Source: an uncultured Eubacteriales bacterium (GTDB taxonomy: Bacteria > Bacillota > Clostridia > Christensenellales > UBA1242). Taken from it: a stretch of 64,000 bases of DNA. Numbering within the stretch: position 1 is the first letter of the stretch; each line of letters starts with the position of its first letter. The stretch spans positions 834 through 64,833 of the forward strand of contig CAPERS010000005.1 in assembly GCA_948607205.1 (NCBI GenBank), given 5' to 3'. The translations under genes and the position numbers were made by a program. The notes beneath the pieces were generated by a model that saw only the letters and a list, made by a program, of their open reading frames with translations, was not told where the DNA came from and searched no databases. Shown here one piece after another: positions 1 through 8,985 of the stretch.

Positions 1-64
1 ATTTTGTCTAAACAATTGATTTTTCGACATTTTTAGATTAATATAGAGATGGAAGAAAACACAA

Positions 65-694
65 ATGACAAAAAAGCACTGGCTGATGGTTTTAATAGCG
101 GTTTTGTTGGCTTTGAGTGTGGTTGCACTCTTGCTGGTTTTTTTGTTGCCTAAAAATGAAAGGCCAATCAGTTTAACTCTTTCTTGTCAAGATGTGATTG
201 TGGATATCAATGAAATCGCGCCGATTGACGTCACTGTCAATATGCCGACTGCAAGGCTGGTTTATGAAATTGAAGACACAACAATTGCCACAATTGAAAA
301 TGGTCAAGTTCGCGGATTGGCCGTTGGAAAGACTGTGCTTATTGTGACCGCAACTTTCAAAGACCAAACAGTTTCAACGCAAGCAATTATAACTGTGCGC
401 GAAAAGAATTTCCGTTTTGAGTTTTATTCCTTACAACATTGTCAAAGCAAAGGACTCACACTTATTTATTCTTCACCTGCAAGTTTTTCATATAGGTTAT
501 ATGACGAGAATGGCGATGTCATTATCAATGCTTCCAATCCAACAATATCGGTGACTGAAGGCATAAGTTATTCTTTGGAATTTGGCAAGATTGTTCTTAG
601 TGGCAAAAAGGATGGTTTTTTGACACTTGAATTTGTTCAGTATAGTTTCAAAGTGTCAATACGGCTTGTGTTTAGTGAAGAGGTGATAAATTAA
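65..694 (+). CDS. membrane-anchored protein with bacterial Ig-like (Big_2-like) domain
   Basis: 209-aa ORF with an N-terminal hydrophobic anchor (WLMVLIAVLLALSVVALLLVFLL). The segment IATIENGQVRGLAVGKTVLIVTATFKDQTVSTQAIITV fits the usual Big_2 Ig-like pattern. A hairpin terminator follows. Function unknown. Confidence 0.5.
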   Translation: MTKKHWLMVLIAVLLALSVVALLLVFLLPKNERPISLTLSCQDVIVDINEIAPIDVTVNMPTARLVYEIEDTTIATIENGQVRGLAVGKTVLIVTATFKDQTVSTQAIITVREKNFRFEFYSLQHCQSKGLTLIYSSPASFSYRLYDENGDVIINASNPTISVTEGISYSLEFGKIVLSGKKDGFLTLEFVQYSFKVSIRLVFSEEVIN

Positions 695-736
695 AAAAAA
701 TCTTCTTTACAGTTAAATTAAAATAGTATAAATTAA

Positions 737-790
737 AAAAGAACTTAAGGCAGGACTTCGTGTTCTGGTGGCTTTAAGTTCTTTTTTTGT
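737..790. terminator. bidirectional intrinsic terminator between convergent genes
   Basis: A-run, stem GAACTTAAGG (741-750) / CTTTAAGTTC (772-781, one mismatch), then a T-run. It lies between the convergent stops at 694 and 833. Confidence 0.5.
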
Positions 791-832
791 AGTTATTTAA
801 TTTTAAGAAAAATATTATAAAGTTTATCAAGT

Positions 833-1549
833 TTATTTCAACAACGCTTCAAGTTTTTTGCATTTGTCTTCCTCCATTGCGGGAACGCCAGAAAGACGAT
901 AAGGAATGCCAAGATTTTTGTATTTAGCCTCGCCCATGGAATGATAGGGCAAGAGTTCAATCTTTTCAATGTTTTTAAGGCGACTTACCATTTCTTTAAG
1001 CAAGAGAACATGTTTTTCGTCGTCATTGATTCCGGGAACAATAACCTGCCTGAGCCACATCTTTTTGTTCATTTTTTGGCAAAGTCCAAGAAACTCAAGA
1101 TAGGTTTTGTTTTCCATGCCAACAAGTTCACGATACTCTTCATTCACGACTGCTTTTATGTCAAGCATGACAAGGTCGACAAGGGAAAGGATTTCTTGAT
1201 ATCTTCCTTCTTTCACTCCAAGTCCAACGCCAGCAGTGTCAAGACATGTGTGTATGCCTTCGTTTTTGCAAAGTGACAGAATTTCAATCAAAAAGTCGGG
1301 TTGAAGAAGTGGCTCGCCACCCGAAAAGGTAACTCCACCGTCTGAGCCGAAATAGTTGGAATATTTCTTTATCTGGTCAAGAAGTTCCTCAGCAGACATT
1401 TCTATTGCACCTTTGCCGATTTTCCAAGTTTCTGGATTGTGGCAATATTGGCATCTGAGTCGACAGCCTTGGAAAAAGACGACGAACCTTATTCCAGGTC
1501 CGTCGACAAGTCCCATTGTTTCTATGCTTGAAATGTTACCTTTTGTCAT
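833..1549 (-). CDS. pflA: pyruvate formate-lyase activating enzyme (radical SAM)
   Basis: 238-aa ORF downstream of pflB on the same strand. It has the CxxxCxxC cluster motif CRLRCQYCHNPETW near the N-terminus, a GGEPLL motif, and a length typical of PFL activase. Confidence 0.9.
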   Translation of the reverse strand: MTKGNISSIETMGLVDGPGIRFVVFFQGCRLRCQYCHNPETWKIGKGAIEMSAEELLDQIKKYSNYFGSDGGVTFSGGEPLLQPDFLIEILSLCKNEGIHTCLDTAGVGLGVKEGRYQEILSLVDLVMLDIKAVVNEEYRELVGMENKTYLEFLGLCQKMNKKMWLRQVIVPGINDDEKHVLLLKEMVSRLKNIEKIELLPYHSMGEAKYKNLGIPYRLSGVPAMEEDKCKKLEALLK

Positions 1550-1595
1550 AGTCTTCCTTAATTGATTTTATCTGAAACAAACTTCGAGATGGTAG

Positions 1596-1782
1596 GGGTC
1601 TAAGACACCAGATCGAATAAAGTTTAGTTTTGATTTCAATCTGTTGATAAAATGTGTCTAAGACACTAGATCGGATTAAGTTTGAATTTGAATTCAATTT
1701 ATTGATAAAACGTGTCTAAGACACCAGATCGGATTAAGTTTGAATTTGAATTCAATCTATTGATAGTAAATGCCTAAGGCAT
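1596..1782. repeat. tandem array of four 13-nt hairpins at an exact 58-nt period (hairpin-repeat family, locus A)
   Basis: Hairpins are GGGTC-TAA-GACAC (1596), GTGTC-TAA-GACAC (1654 and 1712) and ATGCC-TAA-GGCAT (1770). Each unit also carries the palindrome TTGAATTCAA. The array fills the pflB-pflA intercistronic gap, and the last hairpin abuts the pflB stop codon. Confidence 0.85.
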
Positions 1783-4049
1783 TAGCATCCGATGCGCTCA
1801 TGGAAAGTTCTTGAAATAACTTCCTCTTGGTGAGCACGACTAAGTTTGTTGAAGTTTACTGCATAGCCAGAAACTCTGATTGTCAGAGTTGGATATTTGT
1901 CAGGGTTGTTCATTGCGTCAATAAGTTTCTCACGATTGAGGACATTGACATTGATGTGTTGAGCGCCTTGTGTGAAATATCCGTCAAGGATTGAAACAAG
2001 GTTTTTAATTCTGCCTTTCTCGTCCTTTCCAAGTGCTTGTGGCACGATTGAGAATGTGTTTGAAACGCCGTCTTCACAGCAGTCGCAGTATGGAATTTTT
2101 GCAACTGAGTTGAGTGAAGCAAGAGCGCCTGAGCAGTCACGTCCATGCATTGGGTTAGCACCTGGTGCGAATGGTGTGCCAGCTTTTCTTCCGTCAGGAG
2201 TGTTTCCTGTCTTCTTGCCATACATAACGTTTGATGTGATTGTGAGAGCAGAGAGTGTGTGTTTTGCTCCACGGTAGAGTTTGTTCTTTCTGAGGCTTTC
2301 AATGAAGTGTTTAACGATTTCAACAGCAATTTGGTCAACTCTGTCGTCATCATTGCCATATTTTGGATAGTCGCCTTCGATTGTGAAGTCAACAGCAATT
2401 CCGTTCTCGTTGCGGATTGGAGAAACCTTTGCATATTTGATTGCAGAGAGTGAGTCGGCTGCAACTGAAAGACCTGCCATTCCGAAAGCCATAAGTCTGT
2501 CAACAACTGTGTCATGAAGTGCCATTTGTCCTGCTTCGTATGCGTATTTGTCGTGCATATAGTGGATAATGTTCATTGCGTCAACATAAGTTTTGGCAAC
2601 TTTATCAAGTGTTGTAAAGTATGATTTTTTAACTTTTTCATAGTCAAGCACTTTGCCTGGCATTTTTGCAACGCCTTTGACAACAAGTTTGCCACTCTTT
2701 TCATCGTGACCTTCGTTGATAGAATAAAGAAGAGTTTTTGCAAGGTTGCATCTTGCGCCGAAGAATTGCATTTGTTTGCCAACTTTCATTGCTGAAACGC
2801 AACATGCGATTGCATAGTCGTTGCCATACATTGGGCGCATAACATCATCACTTTCATATTGAATAGAGTCGGTGAGAATTGAAATTTTTGCGCAGTATGC
2901 TTTGAATTTTTCAGGCAATTTTGTTGACCAAAGCACTGTGAGGTTTGGCTCTGGTGATGAGTCAAGATTGATAAGTGTGTGGAGATAACGGAAAGAGTTC
3001 TTTGTTACGAGGCTCTTTTTGTCGTCAGCCATTCCGCCAATACTTTCAGTAACCCAAGTTGGGTCGCCGGCAAAGATTTCGTCATAGTCAGGTGTTCTGA
3101 GGTGACGAACAAGACGAAGTTTGATGATGAATTGGTCGATAAGTTCTTGTGCTTCAATTTCAGTAAGTGCGCCAGATTTCAAATCTCTTTCAATATAGAT
3201 GTCAAGGAAAGTTGAAGTTCTGCCCAAACTCATTGCCGCGCCGTTGTTTTCCTTAACTGATGCAAGGTAACCAAAGTATAACCATTGAACAGCCTCTTTT
3301 GCATTCTTTGCAGGTTTTGAAATGTCAAATCCATAGCCTTTTGCCATATCTTTGATTGCGCCGAGCGCTCTGATTTGCTCAGAAACTTCCTCTCTGTGAC
3401 GGATGCCTTCCTCAGTTGTCACATCAAGCATACTTGGCAAAAGCATGTCAGCTTTTTTCTGTTCAATAAGTTTGTCAATTCCGTAAAGGGCAACTCTGCG
3501 ATAGTCACCAATGATTCTTCCTCTGCCATAAGCATCTGGAAGACCAGTCAAAAGACCAGCCGAACGCGCTGCACGAATGTCAGGAGTGTAAGCATCAAAA
3601 ACACCATCATTGTGTGTTTTTCTTGTGCCAGAAGTGAAGATGTCTTCAATTCTCTTGTCCATGTGTTTTCCGTATGCTTCAAGCGCTTGCTTTGCAGTTC
3701 TGATTCCGCCGAAAGGATTGACAATTCTTTTGAGTGGTTTGTCAGTTTGAAGACCGAACACAACTTCGTTCTTCCTGTCAATGTATCCTGCTTTGAAAGT
3801 GTTGATTCCAGACACTGCTTTGAGTTCAACGTCAAGAAGGCCTTTCTTGCGTTCAAGTGCAAGGAGTTTCATGCACTTGTCCCAAACCTTTTGTGTTTTG
3901 TCGGTGATAGGTGCCAAGAAATCATCCCCGCCTTTATATTCAGTATAGTTTGCAAGAATGAAGTCGCTGACGTTGATGGAATTTTTCCAAGTCTCGCCTT
4001 TAAAACCTTCCCAAGCATTTATTTCTTTTATTTCAACTTTGTTTTTCAC
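1782..4049 (-). CDS. pflB: formate C-acetyltransferase (pyruvate formate-lyase)
   Basis: Catalytic Cys pair ([10 protein letters not shown]) and C-terminal glycyl-radical motif ([11 protein letters not shown]); about 755 aa. The ORF track starts at 4076, but AAAGGAG lies 7 nt before the in-frame GTG at 4049, so 4049 is the likelier start. Confidence 0.95.
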   Translation of the reverse strand: MKNKVEIKEINAWEGFKGETWKNSINVSDFILANYTEYKGGDDFLAPITDKTQKVWDKCMKLLALERKKGLLDVELKAVSGINTFKAGYIDRKNEVVFGLQTDKPLKRIVNPFGGIRTAKQALEAYGKHMDKRIEDIFTSGTRKTHNDGVFDAYTPDIRAARSAGLLTGLPDAYGRGRIIGDYRRVALYGIDKLIEQKKADMLLPSMLDVTTEEGIRHREEVSEQIRALGAIKDMAKGYGFDISKPAKNAKEAVQWLYFGYLASVKENNGAAMSLGRTSTFLDIYIERDLKSGALTEIEAQELIDQFIIKLRLVRHLRTPDYDEIFAGDPTWVTESIGGMADDKKSLVTKNSFRYLHTLINLDSSPEPNLTVLWSTKLPEKFKAYCAKISILTDSIQYESDDVMRPMYGNDYAIACCVSAMKVGKQMQFFGARCNLAKTLLYSINEGHDEKSGKLVVKGVAKMPGKVLDYEKVKKSYFTTLDKVAKTYVDAMNIIHYMHDKYAYEAGQMALHDTVVDRLMAFGMAGLSVAADSLSAIKYAKVSPIRNENGIAVDFTIEGDYPKYGNDDDRVDQIAVEIVKHFIESLRKNKLYRGAKHTLSALTITSNVMYGKKTGNTPDGRKAGTPFAPGANPMHGRDCSGALASLNSVAKIPYCDCCEDGVSNTFSIVPQALGKDEKGRIKNLVSILDGYFTQGAQHINVNVLNREKLIDAMNNPDKYPTLTIRVSGYAVNFNKLSRAHQEEVISRTFHERIGC

Positions 4050-4150
4050 TTTTTTTCTCCTTTTAAATTTGCACATTCAGTATAACACAAATTTATTCTC
4101 TCTCCAAATAAATATGAAAGAAAAAACAGTTTTGCAATTAAAATCTAATA

Positions 4151-4179
4151 TTGACATCTATCTTTAATTATGATATACT
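4151..4179 (+). promoter_or_regulatory. sigma-70-type promoter (TTGACA-N17-TATACT, TG-extended)
   Basis: TTGACA at 4151-4156, a 17-nt spacer ending in TGA, and TATACT at 4174-4179, about 19 nt upstream of ATG 4198. Confidence 0.6.
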
Positions 4180-4197
4180 TTTAAAAATGGAGTGATT

Positions 4198-5562
4198 ATG
4201 AAGAAAAACATAGAAATAGAAAAACTTCCATATTGCGTTCAAGAAGGTTTAGAATGCTTTAAAGGTTTGATTTCTGATGAAGAAAAACAAGAACTTGTAA
4301 ATTTGTATTACTATAGTCAGAAATATACAAAAGATGCATTGATTAAAAAACAACAATTCTACGAAAAACTTTTAAACTATTCGTTAAGGGCTGAACCTAT
4401 AGCCGACTGGGTATATACAAGACTGGAACCAGTTTTAAAAGAATTTGATGAAAAACATCAATATTTTGAAGATAAGCTAGAAGAAAACACTTTAGGTGGT
4501 GGTTTATTATACACTGGAGATTTATCTAAATTTTTGAAGATGTTAGAACTTGAAACCATTTATTCAAGCCAAGTAAGTATACATTCTCTGTCAAAAAATA
4601 TTGGTTACTGTGAAGAAGAAAGTGATAATGTGCCAAGATTCTTTTTTAAAGACTTTATCCATGCATGTTTAAATGATGTTGAAAATTTAAAAAAATTGAC
4701 AACCACACAAATACAAGAGAAGTTAGCCTACTTAAAAAATGAAAAGGTTTTGCTTGAGGAACTTTTAACAGAAAGTGAAAAATTTCTGCAAAAATATGGC
4801 AAGAAGAGCAGTTATTGCCTTTCTGAAATGCATATGGCAGAACGTAAGTTTACCTGGGATTATGAATATTATAACAAGAAAGACTACATTGCACCTAAAA
4901 CAAAAGAATTTTTAGAAGAATTTATAGACGAGAGTGTGCCTGACATGATGGAGGCCGTAATGCTTTGTCCGCCTCTTCTTGGACCAATGGCTGCGATATT
5001 TCTTTTTATGGAATTTTCAATTGGAACGACAATAACTTTGCTAAAAGACACTTTAATAGAACCTTCTAAAGCTATTAAAAAGATAATCACTGAAAAGAAA
5101 TATCTTAAACAAAAAGAAAAGTTTGACCCAGATGAACTAATAGAAGACTTTAAGAAATGTCTTCGTATAAAATTAGATTTAAGTAATTCTTCTGATGAAA
5201 TCACTAATCGAATACGTGCTCTAAACAGAGTGATTGGAGCGTGTGAATTGCATTTAAAAGAGGAAGAGTTTGGCTTAATTAAAATTCCACAACATCAAAG
5301 AGTTTTCAAAATGCCAAGCAAAAAGTTTAGTCGTGCTTTGAGTCATTCAAAAAGAGAAGATAGATGGGTGATGCCTAAAAATTTGTGTCTGCCTCATATA
5401 TTCTATAAAAAAGAGGTTGCAAAAACTATCGATAAAGAGGTTCGGTTTTGGAATGAAGCTCCTGCAACATTTTTTAGTAAAGTTAGATATTATAATTATA
5501 ATATTGAAACTGCAAGAAAGAAGAAAGTTATAAATTTAGAGCAAGAGAAAGAGACAATGTAA
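4198..5562 (+). CDS. hypothetical protein, no family recognised (orphan, AT-rich)
   Basis: GGAG lies 5 nt before ATG 4198 (the track start 4192 is a GTG two codons upstream). The gene has its own promoter and hairpin terminator. It has one hydrophobic segment (MLCPPLLGPMAAIFLFMEFSIGTTITLL). TTA/ATA-rich codon usage differs from its neighbours by eye. Confidence 0.6.
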   Translation: MKKNIEIEKLPYCVQEGLECFKGLISDEEKQELVNLYYYSQKYTKDALIKKQQFYEKLLNYSLRAEPIADWVYTRLEPVLKEFDEKHQYFEDKLEENTLGGGLLYTGDLSKFLKMLELETIYSSQVSIHSLSKNIGYCEEESDNVPRFFFKDFIHACLNDVENLKKLTTTQIQEKLAYLKNEKVLLEELLTESEKFLQKYGKKSSYCLSEMHMAERKFTWDYEYYNKKDYIAPKTKEFLEEFIDESVPDMMEAVMLCPPLLGPMAAIFLFMEFSIGTTITLLKDTLIEPSKAIKKIITEKKYLKQKEKFDPDELIEDFKKCLRIKLDLSNSSDEITNRIRALNRVIGACELHLKEEEFGLIKIPQHQRVFKMPSKKFSRALSHSKREDRWVMPKNLCLPHIFYKKEVAKTIDKEVRFWNEAPATFFSKVRYYNYNIETARKKKVINLEQEKETM

Positions 5563-5585
5563 ATCTCGTGTGAAAAACTTTAACA

Positions 5586-5617
5586 AAAAAAGAAGGATAT
5601 CATATCCTTCTTTTTTT
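5586..5617. terminator. bidirectional intrinsic terminator
   Basis: AAAAAAA-GAAGGATAT/ATATCCTTC-TTTTTTT, between the convergent stops at 5562 and 5695. Confidence 0.7.
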
Positions 5618-5694
5618 ACATATTGCATTTTCGCTTTTAATAAGTAATATAAAAATTTAACAAATCACAATAAGTTTTTTATATTTTTAAAAGT

Positions 5695-6693
5695 CTAATC
5701 TTCCCACTGAGAAACCATTTCAATGAGTTTTGAACTGGCTGTCACTTTTTCAGTTTGTTCATTTTGAGTTTCAAACTTTTCGGTTGACTTAGTTTCAGTT
5801 TCAATTTCTTCTGTCATTTCAGTTTCTTCTGAAATTTGGTCAGGCATTTCATTTCGTTTGTCTGATGTTTCTGTCATTGCTGTTTCAACTTCACTTTTCT
5901 TTATTTCAGTTTGAGTGCCTGCACTCTCAATTGCTTCTTGGTTTATCACTTTGTTTTCTTCTTTGCGTTCATTGTTTACTGAAGGAATTTTGCTTTCGCT
6001 TGCCAAAGTTTGACTTTCTTTTTGAGCGTCATCAATTGCTTTTTCGTTTTTATCTGAATTTTGCTCTTTCACTCTTTCTTGTGCATTAGTTGTGTTTTCA
6101 TCTTGTTGACTTTCTTTGTCGCCATCATTTCCAGAGCCTGAAATGTCTTTGTCTGGTTGTGGTTCATTATCTTCTTCGTTTTCTTTTATTTCAGTTTGCT
6201 TTTCTTCGCTTTTTTCAATTTCAACTTCAATCTTGTCTTTTTCCACATGTTCAACGTCTGTCAAGAAATCATAAATCTCGTCAAAAGTGTTGTCAAGGTC
6301 AAGATAATAGCATCTGCCGTCAAATTTGCCATTGTTGCCACGAATAACATTCACGCCATAAGAGTTTGGCTGAATGTGAATAAGAAGTTGGTCAAAGTCC
6401 ATTCCACTTGCTGATACAGTTTTGCCATAGTCAAACTTGACCCAATAACCCTCTTTGAAATCTTCCATTGTCAACTTGTGAATTGCCACAGCAAACGCTG
6501 GCATTTGACGAGAGCCTGAAATTGCCTCAACAAAAATCTCGTCAAAGCGAGTCTGGTCACTTTCACTAACAAAAAATTCTTCACCGTCTTTATAGAATTG
6601 AACCACATTAGCCTCACTGAAAACATCTGGCATGACACCTGCCTGAGCAACAAACATAACAGGAACTGCCATCAATAAAAAAAGAAATTTCAT
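5695..6693 (-). CDS. secreted protein with acidic low-complexity C-terminal tail
   Basis: 332-aa ORF with a GGAGG RBS and a signal-peptide-like N-terminus (MKFLFLLMAVPVMFVAQAG). An N-terminal part of about 150 aa is followed by about 170 aa of E/K/T/Q-rich low complexity. Confidence 0.6.
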   Translation of the reverse strand: MKFLFLLMAVPVMFVAQAGVMPDVFSEANVVQFYKDGEEFFVSESDQTRFDEIFVEAISGSRQMPAFAVAIHKLTMEDFKEGYWVKFDYGKTVSASGMDFDQLLIHIQPNSYGVNVIRGNNGKFDGRCYYLDLDNTFDEIYDFLTDVEHVEKDKIEVEIEKSEEKQTEIKENEEDNEPQPDKDISGSGNDGDKESQQDENTTNAQERVKEQNSDKNEKAIDDAQKESQTLASESKIPSVNNERKEENKVINQEAIESAGTQTEIKKSEVETAMTETSDKRNEMPDQISEETEMTEEIETETKSTEKFETQNEQTEKVTASSKLIEMVSQWED

Positions 6694-7000
6694 TTCTCAA
6701 CCTCCATTTTACAAAATAGTGTGTTAAAAAGCAAAGGTTTTATGCAAAATGAAGTTTTTTATTTTTAAAACGGACACCTCCTTTGAAAATAATTTTTAAA
6801 TTATATGAATTTGTAAAATATAGTTATGGCAAATTACTTAGTTTTTTTTATTTTATTTTACCCTAACAACTACGATTTTTAAGAAATCAGTAATGATTAT
6901 TGTTATGGTTAAATTGTTAGATGAGTTTTTATATAAAAATAACTATTCATTTAACAAATAAAAAAATCTTGCTAAGGTTTTTGCGAGTAAGGAGGAACAA

Positions 7001-7237
7001 ATGACAAACATGGAAATCTTTGTGAAAAATGTGAAAGAATTTATGGAAAAAGGAGGAATTGATGGAAAGACACTTGCAAATAATTCTAAATTATCATATA
7101 AAACGGTTTGTGATATTTTGAACGGAAAAAGGAAAGATGTTCAATTTGATACTATTATAAGTTTATCAATTGGTCTTGGATTATGTCCAGCCGAACTTTT
7201 CGATACCGCTTTTAAAAAAAATAGAAATATCGATTAG
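7001..7237 (+). CDS. XRE (Cro/C1) family helix-turn-helix transcriptional regulator
   Basis: 78 aa, with AAGGAGG 5 nt upstream and an HTH pattern KTLANNSKLSYKTVCDILNGKR. Confidence 0.7.
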   Translation: MTNMEIFVKNVKEFMEKGGIDGKTLANNSKLSYKTVCDILNGKRKDVQFDTIISLSIGLGLCPAELFDTAFKKNRNID

Positions 7238-7293
7238 TTCAATTTTGATTAATAACATTTTGCTTATTTCAAATTTTATGTTAAAATATAGCC

Positions 7294-7632
7294 ATGCTGA
7301 AAATTGTTAATTTAAAAGAGTTCTCGCCGACTGTTGACTATGCGCTTGCGCTTGTTGAAATTGAAATCGAAAGAGCAAAGTTTGACGGCACGGTTGCAAT
7401 CAAGGTTTTGCACGGTTATGGTTCGCACGGCAAGGGTGGAGCTATTTTGTTGGAACTTAGAAAAAGATTAAGATTGCTCAAAAAAGGTAGCAAAATAAAA
7501 AACTATATTTCAGGTGACAAGTGGAATATCTTTGACAAAGACGCGCTCGATGCGCTCAGTCGCGACAAGACAATTTTTGGTGATGAAGATTTGAATAAGG
7601 CAAATCCAGGAATAACAATAATAATTCTGTGA
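7294..7632 (+). CDS. small Smr-domain-like protein
   Basis: 112 aa. AIKVLHGYGSHGKGGAILLELRKRLRLL and the C-terminal NPGITIIIL resemble the Smr (MutS2 C-terminal) domain pattern. The stop overlaps the next ORF. Confidence 0.5.
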   Translation: MLKIVNLKEFSPTVDYALALVEIEIERAKFDGTVAIKVLHGYGSHGKGGAILLELRKRLRLLKKGSKIKNYISGDKWNIFDKDALDALSRDKTIFGDEDLNKANPGITIIIL

Positions 7633-7679
7633 AGTTAAACTCAAAAAATAAATTTCCTATTATATTAGAAAGAGGCAAG

Positions 7680-8516
7680 ATGAGGTGTTATGACTGCCCA
7701 CGAATGTGTGGTGTTGACCGTGAGAGTGCAAAAGGTTTTTGCGGTGAAAAAAGCAAAATTCGTGTTGCAAAGATAATTGAAAATTTTATGTGGGAAGAGC
7801 CATATGTGAGCGGACAAAAAGGCACGCTTGCAATCTTTTTTTCAGGTTGCTCTTTGAGATGTGAGTTTTGTCAAAATTATGAAATTTCGCATATCAGCAA
7901 GGGTGATGAATTCTCGCTATCTGAGTTTGCAAAACTGCTTCAAAGTTTTGACTATTCAAAGTTTGACACTGTTGATTTTATCACGCCGACACATTTTTCG
8001 TCAGCACTTTATGAGGCTCTTTCAATTTTCAAGCCACCTGTTCCTGTTGTTTGGAACACAAGTGGTTATGAGCGAACACAAACGCTTCAAAAACTTTTGC
8101 CTTGCGTCGATGTCTTTCTCTTTGACCTCAAATTCTTTTCGGCAGAACTTTCCAAAAGGCTGGCAAAGGCGGAGGACTATTTTTCTGTCGCCTCAGAAGC
8201 TGTCAAGTTTGCTATTAATGCCAAGCCTAACATTATCGAAAACAATATAATGAAACAAGGCGTTATTGTCAGGCATTTGGTTTTGCCGGATGAGGTTAAA
8301 GACAGTTTTAAAGTTTTAGATTTCCTAGCCGAATGCGGAAAGCCAGTTATAAGTCTTATGCAACAGTTCACACCAACTGGAAGAGGTGAGAAAAACAGAA
8401 AACTCAATCGGCTTGAATTTAAGTCAGTGCTGGCGCACGCTGAAAAACTTGGGCTAACGCAAGGGTTTTATCAAAGCGAAGGTTGCGCCGACCAAACTTT
8501 CATACCAAAGTTTTAA
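7680..8516 (+). CDS. radical SAM protein, PFL-activase-like (PflX-type)
   Basis: CxxxCxxC motif CSLRCEFCQNYEIS. The N-terminus MRCYDCPRMCGVDRESAKGFCG is typical of this family. The ORF track starts at GTG 7629 (overlapping the Smr stop), but ATG 7680 preceded by AGAAAGAGG fits family N-termini better. Confidence 0.8.
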   Translation: MRCYDCPRMCGVDRESAKGFCGEKSKIRVAKIIENFMWEEPYVSGQKGTLAIFFSGCSLRCEFCQNYEISHISKGDEFSLSEFAKLLQSFDYSKFDTVDFITPTHFSSALYEALSIFKPPVPVVWNTSGYERTQTLQKLLPCVDVFLFDLKFFSAELSKRLAKAEDYFSVASEAVKFAINAKPNIIENNIMKQGVIVRHLVLPDEVKDSFKVLDFLAECGKPVISLMQQFTPTGRGEKNRKLNRLEFKSVLAHAEKLGLTQGFYQSEGCADQTFIPKF

Positions 8517-8570
8517 TATGTTTGACATTTGTTAAAAAAATGGTTACAATAATTTAAAAGTGAGGAAAGC

Positions 8571-8873
8571 ATGGGTGCATATTCAAGTTATTTAAAGAAA
8601 AAACTTAACAGGTCACGCGTTATGGGCATGATTGCCAGCATGATTGCCATAGTTTTGGTTGTGCTATACTTTCTTGGTATTGCTGACCAATGGTTTTCTG
8701 TTATCAACATTTCCTATCTGCTCGGCATGGCTTTTTCAAGCAATGTGACATGTCAAGATATCAAAATTGGTTCACCATGGCAAAAATTTAATGCTGCGCT
8801 CTCTGTGTTTTTCTATCTTTTTGCAATAGCGCTCATGATTTATGCTTTTGTCTGTGGCGGAATATCTTTTTAA
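8571..8873 (+). CDS. small integral membrane protein
   Basis: 100 aa with about three hydrophobic helices and a GAGGAAAG RBS. No family recognised. Confidence 0.5.
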   Translation: MGAYSSYLKKKLNRSRVMGMIASMIAIVLVVLYFLGIADQWFSVINISYLLGMAFSSNVTCQDIKIGSPWQKFNAALSVFFYLFAIALMIYAFVCGGISF

Positions 8874-8985
8874 GCACTTGAAAAGTTTATAATAAAGGTT
8901 ATTAATTTTAAAAAACTTAGCAACAAAAATGCTAAGTTTTTATATTTACAAGAAACGATAATTAAAGTGATATAATTTACAAAAC

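Noticed and set aside
1596-1782. CRISPR array (regular 58-nt periodicity of palindromic repeats, also at 28303-28459 and 30692-30797)
   Set aside because: The would-be spacers are themselves conserved between units. The repeats are only 13 nt and vary in sequence. There are only about 4 units per locus and no cas genes in the window.
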